From the NCBI GenBank assembly GCA_045660845.1, contig JAZREO010000149.1, positions 7,416 through 71,415 of the forward strand: DNA of 64,000 nucleotides, written 5' to 3'. This DNA is from Eubacteriales bacterium. GTDB taxonomy: Bacteria > Bacillota > Clostridia > Oscillospirales > QAKW01. Under the pieces are notes generated by a model that was not told the DNA's origin, ran no database searches, and worked only from the letters and a program-made list of their open reading frames with translations. Both the position numbers and the translations under genes were made by a program. Shown piece after piece: positions 8,908 through 18,427 of the stretch; within the stretch, counting starts at the first letter, position 1; every line of letters starts with the position of its first letter.

Positions 8908-9816
8908 ATGATGAATTTTTATGCAAAAAGAAAAATCTATTACATTATCTCCCTGGTAATGATCATTGCCGGCATTGTCGGTATATTCGTAAGAGGCGTC
9001 AAGCTGGATATCACCTTCAGCGGCGGTGCCAAGATCACCTATAGTTATACCGGTGCAGTGATCGATACCGCCGAAGTGGAAAAGCTGGTCAAGGACACCT
9101 TAGGTCGCGATGCCACTGCGCAGAACGCAACGGGCTACCAGGACGAGGGGCAATCCCTGGTCATCAGCCTTGCCGGCACCAAAAGCCTGACCACCGAGGA
9201 GCAGGAAAAGCTTTTCACCGCCCTGAACACCAAGTATGCAGAGAATAAGATGGAGCAGGGCTCTACCACCAATGTGGAGCCTGCCATCGGACGCCGTTTC
9301 CTGGTCCGCGGACTGATCGCTATTGGGCTTGCGGCACTGTTCATCATCGTCTATGTGACGCTGCGATTCTCTGTTGTTTCCGGTCTTACCGCCGCGTTCA
9401 CCGCGCTGATCGCACTGTTCCACGATATCGCGCTGGTATTCTTTGTGTTCGTTCTGTTTGGAATTCCAATCAACGACGGTTTTATCGCTGTTGTTTTGAC
9501 CATTTTGGGTTACTCTGTCAACGATACGCTGGTTATTTTTGACCGAATCCGAGAAAATAAGCGCTTGACCGGCAATAAACTGCCCGTCGACGAGCTGGTC
9601 AACAAGAGCATCAACCAGTCCATGACTCGGACCATCAACACTTCTCTGATGTCCTTGGCTGCGCTGGTTCTGGTTCTGATCTTCGGCATTGCAAGAGGTC
9701 TCACCTCTATCGTTAACTTTGCGCTGCCCATGATGATCGGTATCCTCTCCGGTTGCTACTCCTCTTCTCTGCTGGCGCCCTGCATCTGGTGCTCCTTCAA
9801 GAAGAAATCCAAATAA
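8908..9816 (+). CDS. secF: protein translocase subunit SecF
   Basis: 302 aa, typical SecF (GYSVNDTLVIFDRIREN). Confidence 0.9.
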   Translation: MMNFYAKRKIYYIISLVMIIAGIVGIFVRGVKLDITFSGGAKITYSYTGAVIDTAEVEKLVKDTLGRDATAQNATGYQDEGQSLVISLAGTKSLTTEEQEKLFTALNTKYAENKMEQGSTTNVEPAIGRRFLVRGLIAIGLAALFIIVYVTLRFSVVSGLTAAFTALIALFHDIALVFFVFVLFGIPINDGFIAVVLTILGYSVNDTLVIFDRIRENKRLTGNKLPVDELVNKSINQSMTRTINTSLMSLAALVLVLIFGIARGLTSIVNFALPMMIGILSGCYSSSLLAPCIWCSFKKKSK

Positions 9817-9823
9817 TTCAAAA

Positions 9824-9851
9824 GGGATCCTCCATCGAGGATCCCTTTTTT
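9824..9851 (+). terminator. secF terminator
   Basis: gggatcctc/catc/gaggatccc followed by TTTTTT. Confidence 0.8.
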
Positions 9852-9855
9852 AAGT

Positions 9856-9890
9856 ATAAACCCCGAAGATATCACTTCGGGGTTTATTTT
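9856..9890. terminator. second hairpin between the convergent secF and asp23 genes
   Basis: ataaaccccgaag/atatca/cttcggggtttat followed by T-rich sequence. Confidence 0.6.
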
Positions 9891-9894
9891 CTGT

Positions 9895-10257
9895 TTATTT
9901 TCCTTCGTCTACGATCTGAACATTCACAACGTTCACATTCACCGCGCTGACTTCATAATTGGTCATGTCCTGAACAGCGCTCAGAATAGCATCCTGAACC
10001 TTAACAGCGACATCCTGGACATTACATCTGAATTTCACAACAATGCTGGCGGTAATGATCAAACCATTTTCAGTCATTTCTACCGCAATGCCTTTGCCGG
10101 CATACTTTTTAGTAAGCAGATCCTTCAGATTTCCGCCCAAAGACGCAGACAGACCAACCACGCCATCTACTTCGTTTGCAGCGACGCTTGCGATGGTACA
10201 CAATACCTCTTCGGAAATTTCAACAGTGCCTAATTCATTGGAAATATCCATGATCAT
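9895..10257 (-). CDS. Asp23/Gls24-family alkaline shock protein
   Basis: 120 aa with GTVEISEEVLCTIASVAANEVDGVVG, typical of Asp23/YqhY. It lies downstream of spoIIIAH, as in Bacillus. Confidence 0.85.
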   Translation of the reverse strand: MIMDISNELGTVEISEEVLCTIASVAANEVDGVVGLSASLGGNLKDLLTKKYAGKGIAVEMTENGLIITASIVVKFRCNVQDVAVKVQDAILSAVQDMTNYEVSAVNVNVVNVQIVDEGK

Positions 10258-10348
10258 CTCTCCTTTGAAATACTCTATGTTGGTATTATATCACATAGAC
10301 CGGTGTAATTGCAAGTTTTTTTCATGTTTATTCCAAAGGAGCTTTCAT

Positions 10349-10909
10349 TTATTCCGTTTTAATCTCCACGATCTTAATGGCAGAGGCTTCTCTGCCGGAC
10401 TCGGAGATTACGATCTCATTGATCTGTGCAGCCTGCTCAGAGGACAGTCCAGCGGTGGCAACCACCACATTCACCGCATCATTGCTAATATAGACCATGC
10501 AGTCAGAAAAACCTTTCGCCTTGATCAAGCTTTCAATGGTACTCTCCACATCAGTAGTTTTCGCCAGGTCGATCATATCGTTATTGGCCTTTTCTTTTGT
10601 TTCTGCAGCGGAATCCTCGCTGTCGGCAACCGATTTTAAAAGCTCCAAAGCCTCGTCCCGGGTCTGCTGTTTATTCAGTCGACACTCGGTGAAATACGCT
10701 GCCACATCCTGCGCAATGGTCTCTACTAACTGTGCCTGCCCCAGCGTCTTGCCATCTTCTTCCCCGCTGTCACTCACATTTCCGGTATCCACCGAAATCA
10801 TGCCGTCGTCCAGATCCACATTGTTAAGAAACCGCCAATTTAAGTACACTGCAATACACACCACCAACGCCAATGATAGAAATACGATTTGTCTTTTATT
10901 AATTTTCAT
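10349..10909 (-). CDS. spoIIIAH: stage III sporulation protein AH
   Basis: Last gene of the spoIIIA operon, with an N-terminal TM (IVFLSLALVVCIAVYLNW) and a YscJ/FliF-like C-terminal domain. ATG 10909 is preferred over GTG 10921. Confidence 0.8.
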   Translation of the reverse strand: MKINKRQIVFLSLALVVCIAVYLNWRFLNNVDLDDGMISVDTGNVSDSGEEDGKTLGQAQLVETIAQDVAAYFTECRLNKQQTRDEALELLKSVADSEDSAAETKEKANNDMIDLAKTTDVESTIESLIKAKGFSDCMVYISNDAVNVVVATAGLSSEQAAQINEIVISESGREASAIKIVEIKTE

Positions 10910-10913
10910 AACC

Positions 10914-11381
10914 TCACCCACTCATTAAAACCACGCAAATTTTATTGGTACCGATCCCCAGAACCGTACTCACCGATTCAATGATATTATTCCGGACCGC
11001 CGCACTTCCCGCTCCTTTACTGGCAATGGTTACCCCGGCAATTTCCGGGGCGTTTTCCTTGGAAATGACCGCCGATTCATTACCGTCCTTGTCGGTTACG
11101 ACCAAAACGCTTCCCTCCTCGCGGACATATTCTTTTTTCCCGCTGGAGGCAAGAGTGATCGTCACCCAACATTCACCGGCGCCTTCCACCCCTTTCAACA
11201 TCTCTGCAACCCGACTCTCGGTCTCGGATATAAACCGTTCCTCTGGGTCGGCTGTGGAAACAGTTACCGCTTCCGGCTGAGAAAGCTGCTGCGTCATTAA
11301 AAGGACACCCAGCAGGATCATCACCGGGATAAACCAATACTTTTTCACTTCCGGAACCCACTTTTTGATCAACTCATTCAT
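10914..11381 (-). CDS. spoIIIAG: stage III sporulation protein AG
   Basis: 155 aa with an N-terminal TM and a ring-forming C-terminal domain (VAGVTIASKGAGSAAVRNNIIESVSTVLG). Operon position fits. Confidence 0.85.
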   Translation of the reverse strand: MNELIKKWVPEVKKYWFIPVMILLGVLLMTQQLSQPEAVTVSTADPEERFISETESRVAEMLKGVEGAGECWVTITLASSGKKEYVREEGSVLVVTDKDGNESAVISKENAPEIAGVTIASKGAGSAAVRNNIIESVSTVLGIGTNKICVVLMSG

Positions 11382-11820
11382 TTTTCACCTCAATATATGC
11401 AATTCCGATCTGATAACGCCCGGCAAGAAGATTTCTTGCTGTTTCCGCATCCGTGCCGGAAAGTATGACCCTTGCTATTTCAAATGAATCCTGATTTCCT
11501 TCCACTTGTATCTCCGTCACCTCCGCATGAAGTCCCTCACTCTGAATATAGGTTTCAAACTCCCTTTGCAACCCATCGCCGACCAGATCTGCTGCCTTGT
11601 TCCATACCTCTTCGTTGCGAGAATATGATTGATCCATCAAATCTTTTATTGAATTAAAATCGAAGTGCACAACTCCGTCTACGATGGATAAAAGAATGAA
11701 GATGGAGATGATCGCTTTCATTAAGTATGTTGTTTTTCCCCGAGGGATTGCCTGTTTCAGATATGCCATCAGAACCATCAGAATACAAACGACCAGCCCA
11801 ATACTTTTAATCTCATTCAT
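11374..11820 (-). CDS. spoIIIAF: stage III sporulation protein AF
   Basis: 148 aa with two N-terminal TM helices. Operon position fits. Confidence 0.8.
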   Translation of the reverse strand: MNEIKSIGLVVCILMVLMAYLKQAIPRGKTTYLMKAIISIFILLSIVDGVVHFDFNSIKDLMDQSYSRNEEVWNKAADLVGDGLQREFETYIQSEGLHAEVTEIQVEGNQDSFEIARVILSGTDAETARNLLAGRYQIGIAYIEVKNE

Positions 11821-11821
11821 T

Positions 11822-12916
11822 TTAACTCACCTGCGTCATTACCCCAAAGAGGGAAAACAGACCCATTAACGCCACACAGCCGCCCAATGCCAACATCAGG
11901 TAAAAACTATTGGCAAGCACATCAGCAATAGACCGGACCGTCGAATCATTCATGAATTCTGCGATCCAGCGGCAAAAGCTCCAGGAAAGCCCGTTTACTC
12001 CGATCTGGATTAAAATAGGCAGAATAATGGATAAAATGATCAGAACACCGGCAATAGCAAAAGAGGTCTTTACACCGGATGCCACCGCAAAAAGTCCGTC
12101 TACCCCTTGAGAAAGGGTGTTTCCTACCATAGGGATCAAGCCTCCAACCGCAGAGCGGATATACTTTCTTGCCAACTGATCCCCGGCTGCAGCAGCGCTA
12201 TTCTGCAACCTCATGACTGTGCGAAAGGCTAAAACCAGTAAACCTACCATCCAGATCACAAAACGTCGGATGTTTTTGCCGATGGTCGCAAAGTTATACT
12301 CGTCGCTGACAGCAGAGCAGACTCCAATCGCCAAATATACATCAGTCAACGGCAGCAGGATATTTTTTGAAATCAACGTACCGACCTCACCAAGCAGGAC
12401 CATGGCAGCGGAAAATACCGTAGCGCCAGCACCTTCACCTGAAGCAATCATTACTACTGAAAAGGATGGAATACATGCCATTGCAAAAACATTCATATTC
12501 TCAATGCCTTTTTGCATAGCAACGGCGCAGCTGCGCAGACTTTCCTCACACATTAATGCAATCGACAAAGAGACCATAAACGAAAACAACATTTGCAGGT
12601 TTTGATTTCGTATATTTCCGCTGCATCTGTTAACAATTACGGAGAGCAGTACCATGGCGATCCCCTTGATCAAAGTTTTCAAGACATCGTCAAAGGCGTC
12701 TTTAAATTGTCGCAGCAAGTAGGAAAATACATGATCAAACTGCAGATCCTCCATTACCGATCCAGGATCATTGAGATCGGTCTCATCGGAGAGCAGCGAA
12801 TCCTCTGTTTCCACGGAGTGACGGAAGTCGTCTGAATAGGCGGGTTCCGCTCGAACAGAAGCTGTTAAACAAATACCTATAAACAGGATAAAAAATATGG
12901 TTAACGTCTTTTTCAT
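11822..12916 (-). CDS. spoIIIAE: stage III sporulation protein AE
   Basis: 364 aa polytopic membrane protein with a signal peptide. Operon position fits. Confidence 0.85.
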   Translation of the reverse strand: MKKTLTIFFILFIGICLTASVRAEPAYSDDFRHSVETEDSLLSDETDLNDPGSVMEDLQFDHVFSYLLRQFKDAFDDVLKTLIKGIAMVLLSVIVNRCSGNIRNQNLQMLFSFMVSLSIALMCEESLRSCAVAMQKGIENMNVFAMACIPSFSVVMIASGEGAGATVFSAAMVLLGEVGTLISKNILLPLTDVYLAIGVCSAVSDEYNFATIGKNIRRFVIWMVGLLVLAFRTVMRLQNSAAAAGDQLARKYIRSAVGGLIPMVGNTLSQGVDGLFAVASGVKTSFAIAGVLIILSIILPILIQIGVNGLSWSFCRWIAEFMNDSTVRSIADVLANSFYLMLALGGCVALMGLFSLFGVMTQVS

Positions 12917-13299
12917 TCCAGCAATCCTACGATCACATCTAAAAAATCCTCAAAAAGCGGAATAGCAAGCACCAAAAGTGTGCATCGGCAAGCGAGTTCT
13001 ACCTTATCGCTCCAACCGCTTTGTCCGCAATCCTTGCAGGTACTGACCGTAAACTCTCCCAGGTAGCAAACCGCCAACCCTTTGATCACCACCTCAAAAT
13101 AACCGTTATTGATCCCCGCACTATCCGCCAGGTGGTTGATAAAAGTAAAGACAGAGGTAAGCTTGGTGCAAACATAGAATAAAATCAAAACCGCACCGGC
13201 GACTGTGGCAAAAACCGCAAACCGTTCATGGAAACTTTTCAGGAGAAGATAAAGTAATAAACAGGCAATGACCGATGCCAGTAATTGATAAATGCTCAT
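12913..13299 (-). CDS. spoIIIAD: stage III sporulation protein AD
   Basis: 128 aa with 4 TM helices. Operon position fits. Confidence 0.85.
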   Translation of the reverse strand: MSIYQLLASVIACLLLYLLLKSFHERFAVFATVAGAVLILFYVCTKLTSVFTFINHLADSAGINNGYFEVVIKGLAVCYLGEFTVSTCKDCGQSGWSDKVELACRCTLLVLAIPLFEDFLDVIVGLLE

Positions 13300-13493
13300 C
13301 TCATTTCAAAAACTGTATTGATTGTAGAGAAAAGCTCGTTGATCTCCCCAAGCAATACCAATAAAACGATGATGATTCCCGCAAGGGTAGTCAGGGTAGC
13401 ATACTCGTCCCGCCCCAGCTTGCTGAGAACCATATTAACGATAGCAACAACGATCCCGACAGCCGCAATTTTAAAAATCAATTCCACTTCCAT
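13296..13493 (-). CDS. spoIIIAC: stage III sporulation protein AC
   Basis: 65 aa with 2 TM helices (MEVELIFKIAAVGIVVAIVNMVL). Confidence 0.85.
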   Translation of the reverse strand: MEVELIFKIAAVGIVVAIVNMVLSKLGRDEYATLTTLAGIIIVLLVLLGEINELFSTINTVFEMR

Positions 13494-13494
13494 A

Positions 13495-13932
13495 TCAAAA
13501 CAACAGTACCGCTATCAATAAACCGATTGCACCGGTCACCAGCGGAAGTGCCTTCCCCTGAGATGCGGTATCCTCCTGGATTTTTTTGATCGTCCCATCA
13601 AGTTCATTAAGAAACACTCTGACGGCATCAATAGATTGCTGAAACGAGCTATTTTTCAATTGACGAACGACTGCCTGAATTTTCATCTGATCTTCATTCA
13701 GGAGCCCTTTGATTGGTTCACCTGCCAATATTTTATCGGCAAGCTCCCCTTTTCCGCAAAAGCAATCAGCCAAGGGTCTGCGGTATTCGCACAGGTCTCG
13801 GCGGTAGTCTTCAAACAGAGCCCGCGCCATCAGCAGGAGTCTTAACCGCCTTTCCCATTGGGATGTACGCACCTTCCCCAGTAGATAACCACCACTAACA
13901 ATCAGCACTGCACCAAAAATCTTCATCATCAT
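13495..13932 (-). CDS. spoIIIAB: stage III sporulation protein AB
   Basis: 145 aa. The position and the terminal TM helices are typical of SpoIIIAB. Confidence 0.8.
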   Translation of the reverse strand: MMMKIFGAVLIVSGGYLLGKVRTSQWERRLRLLLMARALFEDYRRDLCEYRRPLADCFCGKGELADKILAGEPIKGLLNEDQMKIQAVVRQLKNSSFQQSIDAVRVFLNELDGTIKKIQEDTASQGKALPLVTGAIGLLIAVLLF

Positions 13933-14836
13933 AATGATTCACCGTCATGACCTTCCTGATTTTTCCGGGAGCCCTTGCTCCCTTTAGCAGTACGATCTTG
14001 GAAATAGCGCCCGCATCCGTCAGTCGCTTGATCTGAGGACGGTTCAACAATTCCTCTTCGTCCCTCGCATGAGCCGTTACCAGCACCGGAACTCCTGTAT
14101 TCATCGCCTCCAGCATCCGCTCCGTTTCCTCATCGGTTCCGATCTCGTCACAGACCAGCACTTGTGGTGAGAGTGTCCGCAGGGCGACCATCATGCCATA
14201 AGGCTTAGGATATCCGTCCAAGACATCCGCCAAGGCACCCAGATCCTTTTGAGGAATACCACGATACACTGCCGCAATCTCTCCCCGTTCGTCTACCACC
14301 GCCGAGCGGTATCCATTTTTCGAGAGGACCCGCACCAGATCGGTCAGCAGGGTGGTTTTACCTCCGCAAGGTTCGGAAACAATAAGGGTCGAGCAAAATC
14401 TGCCGTCGCATAATAGTTTTGGAAAAAGGGATTCAGCGATCCCCTTAATATCTCTGCAGATCCTGAAATTGACTGACGAAAGATCCCGGATCCTAATATT
14501 TCCCCGGTCATCCCGTACAAAGGAACCACAGATCCCCGCCCGATGACCACCGGGTAACGGAATGTAGCCGTTCTCCACCTGATTTTCAAATTGATAAGCG
14601 GCGCCGCGACAGATGCTTTCCAGCAGATCCTCCATATCCTTGGCACCAACTTTGATCCCATCTACTGAAAAATTGCCGTTTCCGCAGGTCAGCGAGCAAC
14701 CCTGACCTGCACGAAACCGTAGTTCTGTCGCTTTTTTCAATAGATCTTTCGGTTGTCGTTCAATTTCTTCGACCCATTCTTTTTTTATGTATGGAAATAG
14801 TTCCATGATTCCTTTTGGACAATCCTTGTTTTTCAT
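13895..14836 (-). CDS. spoIIIAA: stage III sporulation protein AA (secretion-type ATPase)
   Basis: 313 aa with Walker A SEPCGGKTTLL and Walker B VLVCDEIG. RBS is GGGAGGG. Confidence 0.9.
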   Translation of the reverse strand: MKNKDCPKGIMELFPYIKKEWVEEIERQPKDLLKKATELRFRAGQGCSLTCGNGNFSVDGIKVGAKDMEDLLESICRGAAYQFENQVENGYIPLPGGHRAGICGSFVRDDRGNIRIRDLSSVNFRICRDIKGIAESLFPKLLCDGRFCSTLIVSEPCGGKTTLLTDLVRVLSKNGYRSAVVDERGEIAAVYRGIPQKDLGALADVLDGYPKPYGMMVALRTLSPQVLVCDEIGTDEETERMLEAMNTGVPVLVTAHARDEEELLNRPQIKRLTDAGAISKIVLLKGARAPGKIRKVMTVNHYDDEDFWCSADC

Positions 14837-14862
14837 CAGTAGTTGTCCCTCCCTTTGCTTTT

Positions 14863-14890
14863 ATTTTATGGACAACGCTGCATAAATAGA
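14863..14890 (-). promoter_or_regulatory. sigma-E-like promoter candidate for the spoIIIA operon
   Basis: The minus strand reads TCTATTT - 13 nt - CATAAAAT, resembling the SigE -35 ATATT / -10 CATACAAT elements. It lies about 27 nt upstream of the spoIIIAA ATG. Confidence 0.35.
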
Positions 14891-14972
14891 ACTTCTTTCT
14901 AAAACCAGGAAAAAAATTAATGACTATACCGCCAAATGGGCATACTACCAAAAAAGAAGGAGGTTGAAACCT

Positions 14973-16244
14973 ATGAACAATACAAATATCCGGCAGATCT
15001 ACGCCCGGCAGATCTTTGATTCTAGAGGAAACCCAACTGTAGAGGCGCAAATTCTGCTTGAAAACGGTGTAACCGCTTCCGCGGCTGTCCCCAGCGGGGC
15101 CTCCACCGGACAATATGAAGCGGTAGAACTGCGGGATGAAGCAGATATCTATGGCGGCAAAAGCGTCTTTAACGCCATTGCCAACGTTAATTATAAAATC
15201 AACGACGCACTTTGCGGCTTTGATATCTTTGATCAGACGAGAATCGACCGTAAAATGATCGAACTGGACGGTACGGAAAATAAATCGAATCTGGGTGCAA
15301 ATGCCATTCTTGCCGTTTCCCTTGCCGCAGCAAGAACGGCGGCTATTGCCTGCGGCATGCCCCTTTTCCGATATCTCGGCGGTGCCGCAGCCATGACCAT
15401 GCCGGTACCGATGCTCAATGTACTGAACGGCGGCGCCCATGCAAACAATAACGTGGAGATCCAGGAGTTTATGATCGTCCCTATCGGTGCCCCTACCTTT
15501 ACTAAAGCCATGGAACTGAGCAGCCGCGTCTACCACAGTCTCGGACATATCCTAAAAGAAGCCGGACTGGGGACAACTGTAGGCGATGAAGGTGGCTTTG
15601 CACCGAACCTTGAAAGTGACGAGCAGGCACTGCAACTTTTAATCCGCGCCATTGAGCGAGCAGGATTGGAGCCGGAACGAGATATTGCTATTGCACTGGA
15701 TGCCGCTGCAAGTGAATGGAAATCTACCGACGGATATCATCAGCCAAAATCCGGAAGAGCCTTCAAAACTTGTGAACTGATCGAATATTTTGAAGACTTG
15801 ATCAAAAAATACCCCATCATCTCACTGGAGGATCCTCTGGGAGAAGATGATTTTAAAGGCTTTGCCGAAATAAAAAAGCGAACCGGAATTCAGATCGTCG
15901 GTGATGATCTATTTGTCACAAACAGCACCCGGCTACAACAGGGTATCTCCATGAACAGCGGTAACGCTATTCTGATTAAACTCAACCAGATCGGCACGTT
16001 GAGCGAAACCTTGGAAACCATCCGCATGGCAAAAAACAACGGATATAAGACCATTATTTCCCATCGCAGCGGCGAAACTGCAGACGCCTTTATTGCCGAT
16101 CTGGCGGTTGCTGTCAACGCTGGTCAGATCAAGACCGGCGCCCCCGCGAGAAGCGAGCGAGTCAGCAAATATAACCGGCTATTAGGCATTGAATCCGTCA
16201 TTGGGGTCCACAGCTACTACCCCGGCTATGCAGTATTTCTGTAA
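14973..16244 (+). CDS. eno: enolase (phosphopyruvate hydratase)
   Basis: IYARQIFDSRGNPTVEAQ, SHRSGETADAFIADLAV. ATG 14973 lies 8 nt after AGGAGG. Confidence 0.95.
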   Translation: MNNTNIRQIYARQIFDSRGNPTVEAQILLENGVTASAAVPSGASTGQYEAVELRDEADIYGGKSVFNAIANVNYKINDALCGFDIFDQTRIDRKMIELDGTENKSNLGANAILAVSLAAARTAAIACGMPLFRYLGGAAAMTMPVPMLNVLNGGAHANNNVEIQEFMIVPIGAPTFTKAMELSSRVYHSLGHILKEAGLGTTVGDEGGFAPNLESDEQALQLLIRAIERAGLEPERDIAIALDAAASEWKSTDGYHQPKSGRAFKTCELIEYFEDLIKKYPIISLEDPLGEDDFKGFAEIKKRTGIQIVGDDLFVTNSTRLQQGISMNSGNAILIKLNQIGTLSETLETIRMAKNNGYKTIISHRSGETADAFIADLAVAVNAGQIKTGAPARSERVSKYNRLLGIESVIGVHSYYPGYAVFL

Positions 16245-16274
16245 AGCAAAATTGCATTACAAGGGATTGTGTCT

Positions 16275-17204
16275 ATGAACATGAAAAAAATTGGCATCAT
16301 CGGCTGCGGATTTGTCGGTTCAACTATCGCTTTTGATTTAGCAGGGTCCGGTCTCTTTTCAGAAATGGTCTTACTGGACATCAATAAAAATCGCGCTGAA
16401 GGCGAAGCAATGGATCTAAGTCACGGTCTCCCCTTTTCCGGTCCCATGCAGATCTATCAGGGAGAATATAAGGATCTCACCGAATGTGGAATCATCATCA
16501 TTGCGGCGGGAGCAAATCAAAAACCCGGGGAAACACGTCCGGCGCTGCTGGGACGCAACAGAGAGATCATGAACAGCATCGTAAAGCAGTTGCTGCGTTA
16601 TAATAAAGACTGTATTCTGATCGTAGTATCCAATCCGGTGGATGTTTTGACCAGAATGGTCTTTGAGGCCTCCGGATTTCCACCAGAACGGGTTATCGGG
16701 TCCGGAACCGTTCTGGATACCGCGCGCTTGAAGTATTTGCTTGGAGAGCATTTATCAGTTGATATCCGTAATGTCCATGCATTCATCATTGGAGAACATG
16801 GAGACGGAGAGTTTCCCGTTTGGAGCGGTGCAAACATTTCCGGAATTGATCTGGATGACTTCTGCAAATTAAGAAAAAGCTGTGATTTTGATCAACTAAA
16901 ACCCACCATCCGAGAACAGGTCGTCAACAGCGCTTATCGCATCATTGAGGGAAAGGGTGCCACCTATTACGGCATTGCAAAGGCAGTTGGGCGGATCGTA
17001 GAATGTATTATCAAGGATCAACATTCCGTATTGCCCATCTCTGTTTTGGTAGATGGACATTATGGTCTGCACGGCATTTATATGAGTCTTCCTGCTATTC
17101 TCGGCAGAAACGGAGTGGAAGAAATTTTAGATTTTGATCTTAATGAAACAGAGCGTGAGCAGTTAGAGAACGCCGCCAAACGCTTGATCGAAATGGAGCA
17201 ATAA
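16275..17204 (+). CDS. ldh: L-lactate dehydrogenase
   Basis: GIIGCGFVGS Rossmann motif, LLDINKNRAEGEAMDL and IGEHGD (catalytic His). The start at 16275, 16269 or 16281 is uncertain. Confidence 0.9.
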   Translation: MNMKKIGIIGCGFVGSTIAFDLAGSGLFSEMVLLDINKNRAEGEAMDLSHGLPFSGPMQIYQGEYKDLTECGIIIIAAGANQKPGETRPALLGRNREIMNSIVKQLLRYNKDCILIVVSNPVDVLTRMVFEASGFPPERVIGSGTVLDTARLKYLLGEHLSVDIRNVHAFIIGEHGDGEFPVWSGANISGIDLDDFCKLRKSCDFDQLKPTIREQVVNSAYRIIEGKGATYYGIAKAVGRIVECIIKDQHSVLPISVLVDGHYGLHGIYMSLPAILGRNGVEEILDFDLNETEREQLENAAKRLIEMEQ

Positions 17205-17242
17205 AAAAGAACCTTGGAACTTAAAGTTCCAAGGTTCTTTTC
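17204..17242. terminator. bidirectional terminator (ldh / S41 peptidase)
   Basis: agaaccttggaac/ttaaa/gttccaaggttct forms a 13-bp stem flanked by an A-run and a T-run. Confidence 0.85.
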
Positions 17243-18412
17243 TTATTGCAGCTGCGTCATTGCGGCCTGCAGCTGATCGTCCTCTTCATAATTCAACTCG
17301 TAAAAGCGGTCTTCCTTATCCGCTGTAAGCGTAACCTCCACATGGGGTGCCACACCAACACCGTCGTAGTTCTCGCCATTGGGCGGGTAATACAGATTGG
17401 TAGAAAGATAAAGCGCTGTATCATCCCCCAGAGGAATGACCTCCTGCGCCATTCCTTTCCCATAGGTGGTCGTACCGATCAGGGTGCCGTATTCAAAATC
17501 ACGGATCGCTGCTGCAAAAAGTTCACCGCCACTATAGGTGCTACCGTTGATCAAAACCACCATTTCGGCATTGAGGCAGGTCTCATCAGAGGTATAGACA
17601 GTTTCCTCCCCCTCATTATCCTTGATGGTGCAAATGGTACCAGCAGGAAGCAGGTAATCCAAAATCTCCGTTACAGAGGTCAAGGAACCACCGGTATTAT
17701 TGCGTACATCAAAGATAAACTTTGAAGCGCCATTTCCCCGAAGTTCTTCTACTGCTTTTTTAAAATCTGCCGTTGTATTGGTATCAAACTCGCTGATGGC
17801 AATATAGCCGACACCGTCTACCATCAAGCGATTGATGACGGTAGCCTCTGTATATTCCTGAACCGTTACTGTCAAATTCAAGGTCTGTTCGTCACGGATC
17901 AGGGTCAGTTTGATATCAGTACCGATTTCGGAAAGAAGCCGATTGGTCGCATCCGTATAGCTCATGGCAGAAACATCGTCGCCATCGATCCGGGTGATCA
18001 CATCCCCCGCCAAAACGCCCGCCTTATCACAGGGGGAGCCGGAACGGACGCGAGTAATCTTCAAATAGCCGGTAGAAGCGACATATTTCACATTCGCACC
18101 GATGCCCGACTCTTTTCCCTCGGCAGAATTTTTGAATTCCAGATAACTGGTTTTATTCAGATAGACACCGTAACGGTCAATACCATCGATATATCCGCTC
18201 AGCAGAGAATCCATTGCTTCATCTTCATCGAATTCACCCACATAACGGTTATTGATCACCTGATAAACACGGGTGAGTTTTTCGAACATCTCACTTTTTC
18301 CGGTCGTCCGCTCTACCATGTGCGCCATATACATATAGGTGGCGATGCATGATACCATGACCGCGGCAACGACAAAAAAGATCACTGTTCCCAGTTCAAT
18401 CTTTCTCTTCAT
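17243..18412 (-). CDS. S41 family carboxy-terminal processing peptidase
   Basis: 389 aa with an N-terminal TM, a PDZ domain (GDVITRIDGDDV) and S41 motifs (RNNTGGSL, GSTYSGGELFAAA, TYGKG). Confidence 0.9.
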   Translation of the reverse strand: MKRKIELGTVIFFVVAAVMVSCIATYMYMAHMVERTTGKSEMFEKLTRVYQVINNRYVGEFDEDEAMDSLLSGYIDGIDRYGVYLNKTSYLEFKNSAEGKESGIGANVKYVASTGYLKITRVRSGSPCDKAGVLAGDVITRIDGDDVSAMSYTDATNRLLSEIGTDIKLTLIRDEQTLNLTVTVQEYTEATVINRLMVDGVGYIAISEFDTNTTADFKKAVEELRGNGASKFIFDVRNNTGGSLTSVTEILDYLLPAGTICTIKDNEGEETVYTSDETCLNAEMVVLINGSTYSGGELFAAAIRDFEYGTLIGTTTYGKGMAQEVIPLGDDTALYLSTNLYYPPNGENYDGVGVAPHVEVTLTADKEDRFYELNYEEDDQLQAAMTQLQ

Positions 18413-18427
18413 AAACTCACCTGCCTA

